Source: Thalia democratica (Eukaryota). From it: a DNA stretch of 64,000 nt. Positions 12,001-24,000 of this stretch are shown piece after piece. Below the pieces are notes generated by a model. It did no database searches, was not told the origin of the DNA, and was given only the letters and a program-made list of their open reading frames with translations. The stretch is taken from contig OZ241830.1 in NCBI GenBank assembly GCA_965202585.1, positions 41,354,001 to 41,418,000 on the forward strand, read 5' to 3'. Made by a program: the position numbers and the translations under genes. Numbering within the stretch: the stretch's first letter is position 1; each line of letters opens with the position of its first letter.

Positions 12001-15000
12001 TAAAGTATACACTACCTACTTATTTTTTACTAAACTACTATTAGCTTTGAGTTAAAAATGTTATAAATTTAAAAAACACATAATTCCAAATATGTAGCGT
12101 TGTTTTGAGAGGCCTTTTATTAATAATAAAATTCAGTATATTTTTTCAACAACATATTTCACGACAGAGACCTCGAAACGGCTTCATTGCAAACATCAGT
12201 CGCCAACAAGGAAGCCGAACTGAAAACAATGTCAGATCAACTGATGACGAAGCAGCGCGAATCCGTCAAACTTCAGGAGCTGCTAATCACCAAGGTAAAA
12301 GTTTTTCAAATTTTATATTAGTACCATAATAATATTGCTATGTGTTATCAATATGATTTTTATCCAATGTTTCCTCAATTTAATTCTAAAAGCATTTATT
12401 TTTGTCACCAAGGACTCTCAGATGTGCGTGGTGAGGGAGACGCATCAGAGAAGCGCGAGGGATCTGAACGGCGGTATTGAAGAGAGGGATCGCGAGATAA
12501 AAGCTCTTCAGAGTTCCGTGAAGCAGCTTAACGAGCATCTTTGCCGGAAGGAAGAAAGTCTCAAGAAATCCGAGGATGACCTTAGAAAGGTTATTATACT
12601 TTTAAATAAATATACAAGTATGATTAATATAAGTGTTTGATTATAGTTTAAAGTACGATCGTTTCTTATTTGGCTTTATACAGACAAATATTCTTCAGAA
12701 ACAATGTAAAGTTTATTGCGAGACTAGAAATTATTTAGTTTTTACGCAGTAGTCAATTCAAAATTTAATTTTAGTAAGTTATCGAAGTTACATACAAATC
12801 AAATTCAAGCCGCAAAAACAAAAAGATTTTATTATTTTTTATAAATGTATTTTTACTATAAAGCTTTTAATTACTTCTTATCAATCTTGCTTTTCTATTA
12901 ATTGAATACTGATTTTCTTTTAAACAACTACAAAGAACTGCATTTCTAAAATTAGTTTAAGTCGTAGATTTATGCAACTGTACAGCTGTTTTATCATAAG
13001 AATTTTAAATTAGTTGTATATAAAGTTACAATTTATTGTTACTGATTTCACTTAATAAATACTTTAAACTGAAGTGAGAAAATAGAAGTACATTTTTATT
13101 TTTGACTATTCACAAATTTTTTAAAACTTTTAGATTTTGGAAGAAAGAGATATGCTTCAAACGGAACTGAAAAACACGAGAGATAATTTAAATGACAGGG
13201 AAAAAGAAATTGAAAGCTTAAATAACAAGTTTTCAGCCGCAAATAATCAAATAGAACGGCTGAATACTTCAATACAAGATTTAAATAAACAGTATACTGA
13301 TCTCAATGACGATTTAAACGACAAGGAAAAAAGTTTGTTTAGTATGAGTAATTTTTAGGCTTTGTTAAGTAGTAGTGGCTCTTAAATCTTCGGAAAATTC
13401 AGTTCAGTTTACTTTTAATTAAAAAATACTTACATACTTAAAAAAAAAGATTTTTACAACAAGAGTTAGTTGTAATGCAAATTCATTATAATGTATATTT
13501 TTTATTATAATAACAATTAAATGCTATAAATAAGATTTTAGATTTGGGAATAGTTTTCTATAAGTAACTTCAAAGGATAACTACTATTTAAAAAATGTTT
13601 TAATATTTTATACTAGGTATTTATATAACTTAACTTTCAATGTTAAATATTTTAACTTCTTACGAAGCATTACTAGTGAGTTAATAAAACTTTTCACAAA
13701 ATTATTTTGATAGGTTTGTTTGAATCTGTAGCTTGTGTCGAAAGTTGCAAGTTGGAAATCAGCAGTTTGAAGGTGGCTGTTGAACAGAGAGATGCCAGTT
13801 TGGAAGCAATGAGGCATTCCATGGATACTAAAACAGAACAAGTTGAAACTTTCCAGCAACTTTTGTTGGTTGAAAAAGAAGCGAGTGAAAATTACAAGCA
13901 GGTAAATATTTATAAATTAAATAATCTATGAATTTAAATTAAATTAAATAACTAGTTTATTAATTAAAAAGTTTTAGAACAAACCATTTAATTTTGATTT
14001 ATTTTGTTGCTAGCAGTTATTGATTGTGTTTTAGCTTTATTGTATAGTAATTTCAACGTATGAGTTTTTTATACATAAAAGGATCGTAAGAAAGTGGTAG
14101 ATGGTTATGAAATAAAAAGCTTAATTATAGTATTAAGTCTAAACTAATTACAAACCCAAAAAACTGCAAACTATATATTAACTACAACCATAAAATTACA
14201 AGTTTCAACTTCACTTAAGCAATTCAAACGAAACATTCCTTCAACAAATTAATTTTGATAATTAGTTTGTTTTCATTTGTATAATTTTTTCACACCAAAC
14301 TTAAAAAATTGTTTAGTGTTGTATTTACTAATATTGGTTTAGTTTATACGGTTTTTAAATATAAATAAGTTATATGTTTAGTTTCGTAATTATTTTGTTG
14401 TTTTGTTATATTCAAAATTCAGTACTATTATTAATGTTCAAATTTAATTTTCAGCTTAATTTGCGATCAGAAGAGGAAATAAAAACCTTAGAAGCTAAAC
14501 AAATAGAATTGAAAGAAAAGATTGAAACAGTTTCAAATCAAAAGGAAAGTTTAGAAAACGCTTTAAAACAAAAACAATCGGAATTCAATACTTTGAAGGA
14601 AACCCTCGAAAACAAAATAAAAGAGTTGCAACATTTGTGTGAAAGTTTGCAATCAGAGTTAACTGTGCTTTCTGAAAAGCAGGTGAAATTTAATTTTTTA
14701 TTATGATAAACTTGCAAAAGATAAAAATGAAATGAATTGAGATGAGTTAAAATTATAGTTGAATTAAAAAAAATTCTTATTTAAAGTTTTAAGAACAATG
14801 TTTTTGAACACAGTCACAAACCGCCGAAGATTATGATAAATGCTTGGCTGAGCTACAAACAGTGACTATAAAGTTTGAAAAGCTACAATCTTTGTACGAA
14901 GAAAGCAAAAGTGAAAATGAAGAAATAGTTGAAAAATACAATTTGTAAGTTGATTGAATAAACTTGCCGGTTTTTTTCGAACTTAATTTAGTTTAAAAAC

Positions 15001-18000
15001 TTAATTTAAACCGATAGCTTATAAGTTTTCGGCAATGTCTCAGCTTTTGTGTTTTCATTTTGAAAAAGAAAAATTTTACAGCTTGTAAGTCTTTGAAACT
15101 TTTTTTTTTTAAGTATGACAGCTTATTTCATGTATGACAATTTGATTTAGGCTGTTTTTACTATTAGAACTGCTGCTGATAAGTTTTCTGTAGCATCTTA
15201 TCATTATTTCTGTTATAAAAAAGTATGAAACAGATAAACAGGGTTGCCACTTTACCTGGAAACCTAGAAAAACCTGGAATTTGACAATTTAGGCAAAAAA
15301 AAACCTGGAATTTGATAAACTTTGAAAAAACCTGGAATTTTAAACAATTTTACATGTCAAGTAGAAAAATTTTGATTTGACACAAATAATTTACCATAAA
15401 GATAATTTTTTTGTCATTATCAAGTTTTTTTTAATTAAAAAACACATTTAAAGTAGCAATACAGTATCTTTTTAATGTTTTTATACCATTTAACACAGTT
15501 TTTTACCTTAAATTTAACTTACTTAAAAATAAGTACTATAAAAAACCTGGAAAAAATTTGAAAAAATGAGTGGGAACCCTGGATAAAGCATAAACCAAAT
15601 TTGAAATGACCTTTCGGTAAGTGCTAGTATACTTAAAGGTCAGTCTGAGCTGAAAAAACGCTGAGACAGCAAAATAAAACTTTTTTTCATGTTATGTTTA
15701 ATTTAATAATTTAAACTTTATTTTTTAATTATGTTTTAATTTGTTTTGTTAGGTGAGTCAGGGACAAGGGTATAAAAAAAAACTTTAAAATAATTTCCTG
15801 ACTCAGCTTTTTTCAGTTCAGACTGACCTTTACGTATACTTTCTTTTGGTAACTAAATTGTATTGACAAAGCTAAAAGTTTTAATAAAAACATAACTACT
15901 TATTGTTTTTAAATTTTGTCAATTTAAAAAATAATAATTTAATGTTCAATAGAAATAACTGTTCAGGTATATTATTATTTTTAGCGAAAAGTCAGAAAAG
16001 GAAGCTTTAGTAAAACTTGATGAAGAAAATAAGCAACAAATATTCAAAAAGTCTGAGGAAAATGATATATTGGCGGCTAACTTTGATGATTTAGAGCAGA
16101 AAAATGTTGCTTTAAAAACTGAACATGAACAAGTTATTATATTTTAATTATAAAGTGTATAATTTATAGTTGTATTTAAAAAAAATATAACTCCTAAAAA
16201 GTTATATGCTAAATAAAAAAAAACCTAAGTATGAAATTTTTTAGTGAATATGATTTATATTAGGCGTAGCTATAGGTAATTTCTTTTAATTTAATACATG
16301 TTTAACTAGGAATAAATGCACTTTTTTACTAAAACTAATTAATTTTTTATTACATATCAATAATTTACTTTTAATTTATTTTTTATATATTCAAATTTCT
16401 AGTAAATAAAAAAAACAATTAAAATTTTTCTTTATACACCAAAAACTGCATGTATTATTAAGTGAAAGATTAACAATTGTTTAAAATATATATGTTTAAG
16501 TAATCATTACAAACTAGTTGAAATACTAAGTAAACTTTTCAAATGATCAGTAAGAATATAATGTGATTAAAGTCGCACCGGTCGTAACCTTCGATAGCTC
16601 AGTTGGTAGAGCGGTGGACTGTAGCATGTAGTTAGAAATCCATAGGTCGCTGGTTCGACTCCGGCTCGAAGGACAATTTTGTTTATGTGGTGTCATAAAC
16701 AATACATTTTTGATTTAAAAAGTTTGGCATGTTTTCTTAAAAGAATAGTCTGCGACTTATTGAATATTTAAAACTATTAACTTAAAAAAACATATCGATT
16801 AGGTATAAGTGTTGTATTCAAATGAGTAAACATTATTTTTAGTATAGAAATTAAGTTATATATTTTATGAAAAACACGTTAGAGTTATGAATTTTAAATA
16901 TAAAAGTAGTTAATGTTAATTTTCATAAGTTAAAAATTTTCAAACGTCCGAACCTAATCAAGCGTATCGTTTTAAATCAAAGTTTTCAAAAGTGGTATGT
17001 TTCTAAATTAATCAAAATATTGCTGCACTAGTTAATTGTGACGTAAAAAAGCAAAGCTGATGGGACCCAAACCCGCTATCTCCTGATTTGAATTTAGGTA
17101 ATTGCTTTTAAAATGTAAAGAGAGATAGACTTTTAGTGAATTTTTCAAAACTTCGTAAATGTTGAATTTGAAAATTTTTGATTCTATACGACTGTATTGT
17201 TTTTTTTTTATAAAACTGGTTATATCTCAAAAATTAATTGAAATAGTTTTGTTCTATATAAAGTATCTTTTAGTAAATTTATAAAGCATTTTAATAAATG
17301 TTAATGTTTGTGAAAAAAAAAGTTGAACCACCCTATGGCCTTTAATAACTTACCGAACTATATTAATAATTTTCTTAATTACTATACTAAAAATGATGTT
17401 TACTTATTTGAATACAACACTTATACCTTAATTGATATGTTTTTTTAAGTTAATAGTTTTAAATATTCAATAAGTCGCAGACTATTCTTTTAAGAAAACA
17501 TGCCAAACTTTTTAAATCAAAAATGTATTGTTTATGACACCACATAAACAAAAATGTCCTTCGAGCCGGAGTCGAACCAGCGACCTATGGATTTCTAACT
17601 ACATGCTACAGTCCACCGCTCTACCAACTGAGCTATCGAAGGTTACGACTGGTGCGACTTTAATCACATTATATTCTTACTGATCATTTGAAAAGTTTAC
17701 TTAGTATTTCAACTAGTTTGTAATGATTACTTAAACATATATATTTTAAACAATTATTAATCTTTCACTTAATAATACATGCAGTTTTTGGTGTATAAAC
17801 AAAAATATTTATAGATCTAGTTTAACTGTTTATACATTATTTATAAGTGTTTACTGTTTACAATATGAAATTAAAAATGTTGCATTTAACTTTGGTGAGC
17901 TTAGTTTCCACACAATTTCTGAAGAAATTAATGGGAGTAAGGTTAGAACCTACGAGGACAATAGTGTATTAGAACTTAAGTCCAACGTTTTAACTACTCG

Positions 18001-21000
18001 GTCAACCTAGATGTGATATAATTGTTTATGTGTGCTTTATATTACAATTTTTATTGATTAAAATTAGGCTACAGTATTTAATGAAAACGCTTTAATAATT
18101 ACTTTGTTTGATAAACTATTATTAAAAGTTTTATGTTTTCTACTGTTTAAATATATTAGAAATATATAATGTGTATTCAATATTGACAAAGTTGCCACTC
18201 TAGCTGTAAACCTGGAAAATCTGGAATTCGAAAATTTAGGCAAAAAAACCTGGAATTTTGAACAAAAATCACTAAAAAAACCTGGAATTTTAACAATTTT
18301 CACATGTTCAGTTCTAAAATTTGGATTTGACTCAAAATATCTATCATATAAATAAAAAGAAATTGTCATCATAAAAATTTTTTTTAATTAAAAACATATT
18401 TAAAGTAGCTTTACAGTATATTTTCAATGTTTGTATACTATTTAACACAGTTTTTTACCTTAAACTAAAAATAGACTCAAAAAAGTATACTCTTAAAAAC
18501 TTGGAAGAAACTTAGAAACTTTGGAAAAAACGAGTGTCAACCCTGTATTGATATCTTACCTGTTATATTCTAAGTCAATTCAATACTATCTCGGACAATG
18601 TTCTATTTATTGTGGTTTTGTTGTATATATATGTATATATATTTCTAAGTTGATGTTAGATTCTATTATTGCAATCAAACAATCTTTGCATAGGCTACTT
18701 GTTTTATTAACTAAAAACAAGTTTAACGATATTTATTTAACAGTAAAAGTTAACATACAAGAACTCTTTGATTGTTTAATGAACAGTTGATTTTTAGCAG
18801 CTATCCATAGCCAATATTTGACTATTTTTAAAAAATGTTTAAATATTTTTTCTCATATTGTGTTTAATTAGTTATTAATAGTAGTTCCGAACAAGTTATG
18901 TTCTAAATATTTTTTAAATACAAATTCTTTTTTCGTCAGTTTTGTCAATACTAATTTAATCTATTTTGTTGTGAGAAACAGTTACGAACAACAAATGTTT
19001 ATTAATTAATTTATAGTTTCTAAAATTGTTGTTTTTAAACTACACTACAATACAAATTGTTAATTTAAATTGTGATTAATTAGCTTCATATGTATTTATA
19101 ATTTCTGAACAAACTTGATTTGAACGCTTTTAAAGCTTGTTTTAGGTTGTTTAATATTTCACAACTTTTTTTAAATGTAGTTTTCTATCTGAAATTGCTA
19201 AGTTTAAAAAAATACTTCATATAATTTAATTAACTTGCTTAGATATTCTTCAGCATTTAATGTTTACGTACTTATTTTATTAGACAGAACAATAATTGTT
19301 AAGGTTTTTTTTAGTATGGGTATTTAGTATCATATATTCAAATAAAAATATTATAAGAATTTTGATATTTGTGAAATTATTTGATTTTTTTAAAATACAA
19401 TTCAATTATTTAAATACAATTAAGAAGTTATTTGAGTACTATGTATACTTTAAGTAACTTAGGTTTTATTTAATTTTAAAGTTAAAAATAAACCATAAGA
19501 TAAGGTGTATAATAAACTACTGCATTAAAATTATGATTAAAATTTAATTGTATTTAAAATATTAATATAAGAATTTTAAAAAAGTCTGTACTTGTAATTT
19601 TAATCATTAAATTATTTGAAGTATGAATACTCAGTCAAAGCATGAAATTAAGAAATGTTACATTGAAATCAAACTATAAGAAGGATAATGTAGTTTATAA
19701 TCCTGTTGATGAAATACTCNNNNNNNNNNNNNNNNNNNNNNNNNNNNNNNNNNNNNNNNNNNNNNNNNNNNNNNNNNNNNNNNNNNNNNNNNNNNNNNNN
19801 NNNNNNNNNNNNNNNNNNNNNNNNNNNNNNNNNNNNNNNNNNNNNNNNNNNNNTAGTTATATCTTTAAGTGCATTGATGTAACTACATTATTAGTGGCTT
19901 TTTTAAACGAATTTCTGAAATCCTTGATAATACTAATATGTTTTAAGTGGGATAAGGAAATTAGTTTAAGGTGAAAAAATTAAAAAAATTGCAGAAATGC
20001 TTTTATATCAGACAGAATATTCTTTTAAGCAATAAAAAAATTAAAATAAAAAATAAATAATATTTTTTATGCTCGCGAATTAAATTTATAAGCTATTTAA
20101 TAAATATTAAATTAAGCAAATATACTGTAAATAACATCAAAAATGATTTTATTTTATGTTTGTGGTTAAAAACATAATTTAAAACCCATAAATTTACAAT
20201 AAAAAATATTCGAAATAATTTTTTTATAGAAAAGCATGTTCAAGGTAACATTAAAACCTTACTAAACAAACAAATGTTGTGTTGAACATGCACTATGCCC
20301 AAAATACTTTACTTTATATTTGCGAGTAAATTTATTCTGTCGTAACCTTCGATAGCTCAGTTGGTAGAGCGGTGGACTGTAGCATGTAGTTAGAAATCCA
20401 TAGGTCGCTGGTTCGACTCCGGCTCGAAGGACATTTTTGTTTATGTGATGTCATAATAATATTGATACGTGTCGAAATTTATTTGATTTTTTAAAGTTTT
20501 ATTTTAAACTACTGTGAAATGACTGGTTAATTACCAAACACAAAAACCTAAACTTTAATTTTAGCTTGTAAAAATCCAAGAAAAAAAAAGTTTTGATTTT
20601 TCTACCTCTGTCGAAAATGTGCTATAATCTATTATCAATCATTTGATCCACTGCTCTGAATGAAAAAAATCCTTATAAAAAATTAAATCAAACTGACAAT
20701 TTTTCACATAGAAATTGCAAGAACTTGAGAAGGAAAAACAAGTCACAGGTGAATTACGATTGACAATCGACCAATTGAACGGCGATATTACCCACGTGAC
20801 TTCTGTTAATAGCCAGCTTGAAATTGAACTGAGCGAAATTTCTGAAAGTTTTAAACTATTGCAAGACAAAAACAAATCTGCTGCAGTTGATTTTGAAAAT
20901 ATCAAGTTTGTTATTGTTTTGTTATGGTTAGTGTAGAAGTCTAATCAGATTTTGTTTTTAGGAAAATTCTTATTGTAGTATTTCTTATTTTCAAACATTT

Positions 21001-24000
21001 TTTATATGTTGTAGTTGTATAGTTTATAACTAAAATTTAAAGGAAGTTTCTTTTTTCATTGAACTTTACGTTATACTTACAAAAGTTTTTTTTTGTTTGG
21101 TTTAAAATCTGGTAGCTATAGAAAAATAAGCTTGTTTTATGTATTTAATGAATATTTTACGCTTTTTTTTAATTACAATTGATTTTATAAATGCCATAAA
21201 AACCGAAAAAAATGTAATTTGTCTATGAATTAAGTTAATTAAAAAGTAGTTTCCTTTAAAATGATATAAATTTTAAAATAAAGACTTTTGTTTACAAAAC
21301 ATTTGGTTTTTTTAATGCCTGAAAAGCTATAAGTAGCATAAACTAAAAATTGTGTTAACTTTCAGTTTTAAATCTTATGTTTAATAATACAACAAATAAA
21401 TTTAATATTTTTTGTTTGTTTTACACATTTCGAACTACGTTTAAAATAAAAGTAATATAATTCTTTCATGGTTTTATATTTTTTTTGTTTAAAATTAGCT
21501 GTGAACTCGAACAATTAAAAACTCAACTACAAACTAAATGTTGTGAAAACGACCAAATGAAAGAAAAGTTCGAAGATTTGCAAGCAAACTACCATGTCAA
21601 AGAAAAAGAAGTTGAAGAGTTTAAAACAAACATACTAGATTTGGAAGTTAGTGTGTAACTTAAATTACCTAAAAATATCTTACTATGTTTTAATAATAAA
21701 ATAAATATACTTGCTATATACAAACTAAGATTTATTGTAAGGACTATGACAATAAAACCTACAAACTGGTTTTTATTTGAAATACTGAAATGCAGTTGTA
21801 AGTAGAATAAATAAATTAAAAATTCACAGGCTTCCAACCAGAAACTTGACAAAGAGCTGTCCGGGCTGAAAGAAAAGAACATCGAAGACTTCAGCAGCCT
21901 CAAAAACAAACTGGAGTGCATAGAACGCGACAAAATCGAACTTATACTGGACTGCGACGATGTTAGAACGGAGCTTAACGAGGCTTACAAGAAAGTCAAC
22001 AGTGTTAACAAGAAGTATACCAGTTTGAAGCAGAAATGTGCTCAGTTGAGCGAAGAAAATCACGTCAGAAAACAAGTCCTTCTGCAGTCCAAAGTTATTG
22101 TTTTATAGTTATATATATATATATATATATATATTGTAGTTGAAACAAAGTTTGAAAAAATAATTTAATGTAAATGGTAAGGTGTATTACATTTATAATA
22201 TAACTTACCTACCTCTACATATATTTTTATTTTATGTAAGTGCTAATACTATCAATAAATATATAATACTATAAATAATAACTTGATAAATTTAAATATC
22301 AATTGACTTCAATGAAAAGTTAGTATTGCGAAAAGTTTTGTTGTGAGTTAAATTCAAACAAGCTTTATTTTAAACGAAAGCTCAATGAAATAACAAAAAA
22401 ACTTTAAAGTGTAAAAAACATAACTGTTCAAACGTATTTTAAAATCTCTCTTCATTAAGAATGCTTTAGTATTACATCACAGTTTAATTAAATTTGCTTA
22501 CTAGAAAAACAACGACAAGCTAGTGACAAAGATCAATCTGCTGAGAAAAGAAGTGGAAAAGCTTCAGTACAAACTTCGAAGTTCTTCCAAGGAAAATCAG
22601 CTGGCGTCTCACAAAGTGGTCAATTTGAAGCACATGCTGCAAGACGCGGAAATTAAAGTCGATCAGGCCGAGTGTTCTTTGCTCGAAAGTTCTAATGAGG
22701 TCTGTTCTGTGAATCAAACTATTTTTACAATAGTGTATTGTTGTATCAGTTTTTAACTTGAAACTATAAAACAGTTTTGACTGAAACTGTCAACTTTTCC
22801 TTTATAGAGTATGCTCATCATAACTTTTTATACATAAACTTTTTATATTTATATAAAAATATTAGTATTTAAATTAGGAATTTTGCAATAGAGTTTTTTA
22901 AATAGAATACTAAATGCAATGTTATGACTAATATTACATCAAATTATATATTTAATGCTTACTGGGGTTTATAAATCAAAAACCTTAATAATGGCTTTAA
23001 AAAAATGTTTTTATAAGTAAGTACGCAAACCAAGTTACTGCATTCCAGTCGCGTGAGTACCAAGAAGCCATTGAAGCGGAACAGCACGAGCTTCTGATGG
23101 ACGTGGAACGTTTGAGGGACAAGCTGAAAATTTCAGAGGAAGAATTGAAGTTGAGCAAGCAGCTTTACGAGCACGAAGCTGCCGAGAAAGACGAAAAAAT
23201 TCACCATTTGAACATGCAGCTTGAAAGCGCGCTGACCGATGTTGATATCATCAGGAAAGATGTTCGTTTTCATCTATTTTTATTTGTTTTTCAGTAAATT
23301 AATAACATGATTTGATAAAAGTATGTACAGAATGAACAATCGTGATTATAGATCAGAAACAATTAAGTTATACAACTTTGCGAGTTTAGTAACTTAAATA
23401 GAAACTTAAAATAAAAATGTTTTAGCAATATGATTGTAAGGCTACTTATAATTTTGTTTGTAAAATTTGATGCAAAATTTCAAGTATGCACTAAAAATAT
23501 ACTGGTCACTTAGTAAGTTTACTATAAACAATCCCAAGTTAACTTATAAGTAATAAAACTGAAAACAACAATAAAACGCTAAAAAACTGAATTTAGATTT
23601 CAAAAAAGTTGTTTTACAACAAACTTGATTGAGCTGATTAAATTTTAATAACGTATTGGACACAAAAACTGTATTAAATAATGTTTGATGTTGTTAATTT
23701 TTTTTAAATAAATTATAACAGTATGAAGAAGTAGAAAATCAGAAGTTTGAATTAGAAGAAGAAATGATAAATATAAAAAGTAAATTATCAACAGCAGAGC
23801 AAAACACATCTGCTTTGCACAGTTCAGGTATTAATTTTTACTATTTGTTTTTAAATATTTCAGTCAACCAATAGTTTTTCTTTTGATAAAACCTATTTTT
23901 TGATAAATTTAATAGCAGTTAGCTTAAAAAATTAAATATTTTAATTAAAAAAATTCTTATTTGTGTCTTTTTTCTTTTATCATAACTTAATATTCCATTT

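Larger units (their letters stand above)
16431..17799. repeat. Inverted duplication, about 417-bp arms, each carrying tRNA-Tyr
   Basis: 16431-16847 is the near-perfect reverse complement of 17382-17799, with only a few substitutions or indels; spacer about 535 bp. Confidence 0.9.

Noticed and set aside
15016-15043. Minus-strand CTGAGAC..CCGAAA..CTTATAAG hammerhead-like string (also CTGATGAG at 29249 and GAAACTAGTT near 54479)
   Set aside because: Core incomplete (N7 missing, no stem II or no GAAA); expected by chance.
17062-17092. B-box-like antisense fragment (decayed tRNA or SINE)
   Set aside because: Too short and diverged to support.
22589-22597. KEN box in the CENP-F distal coiled coil
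   Set aside because: KEN recurs several times in this K/E/N-rich protein, so a single match is uninformative.
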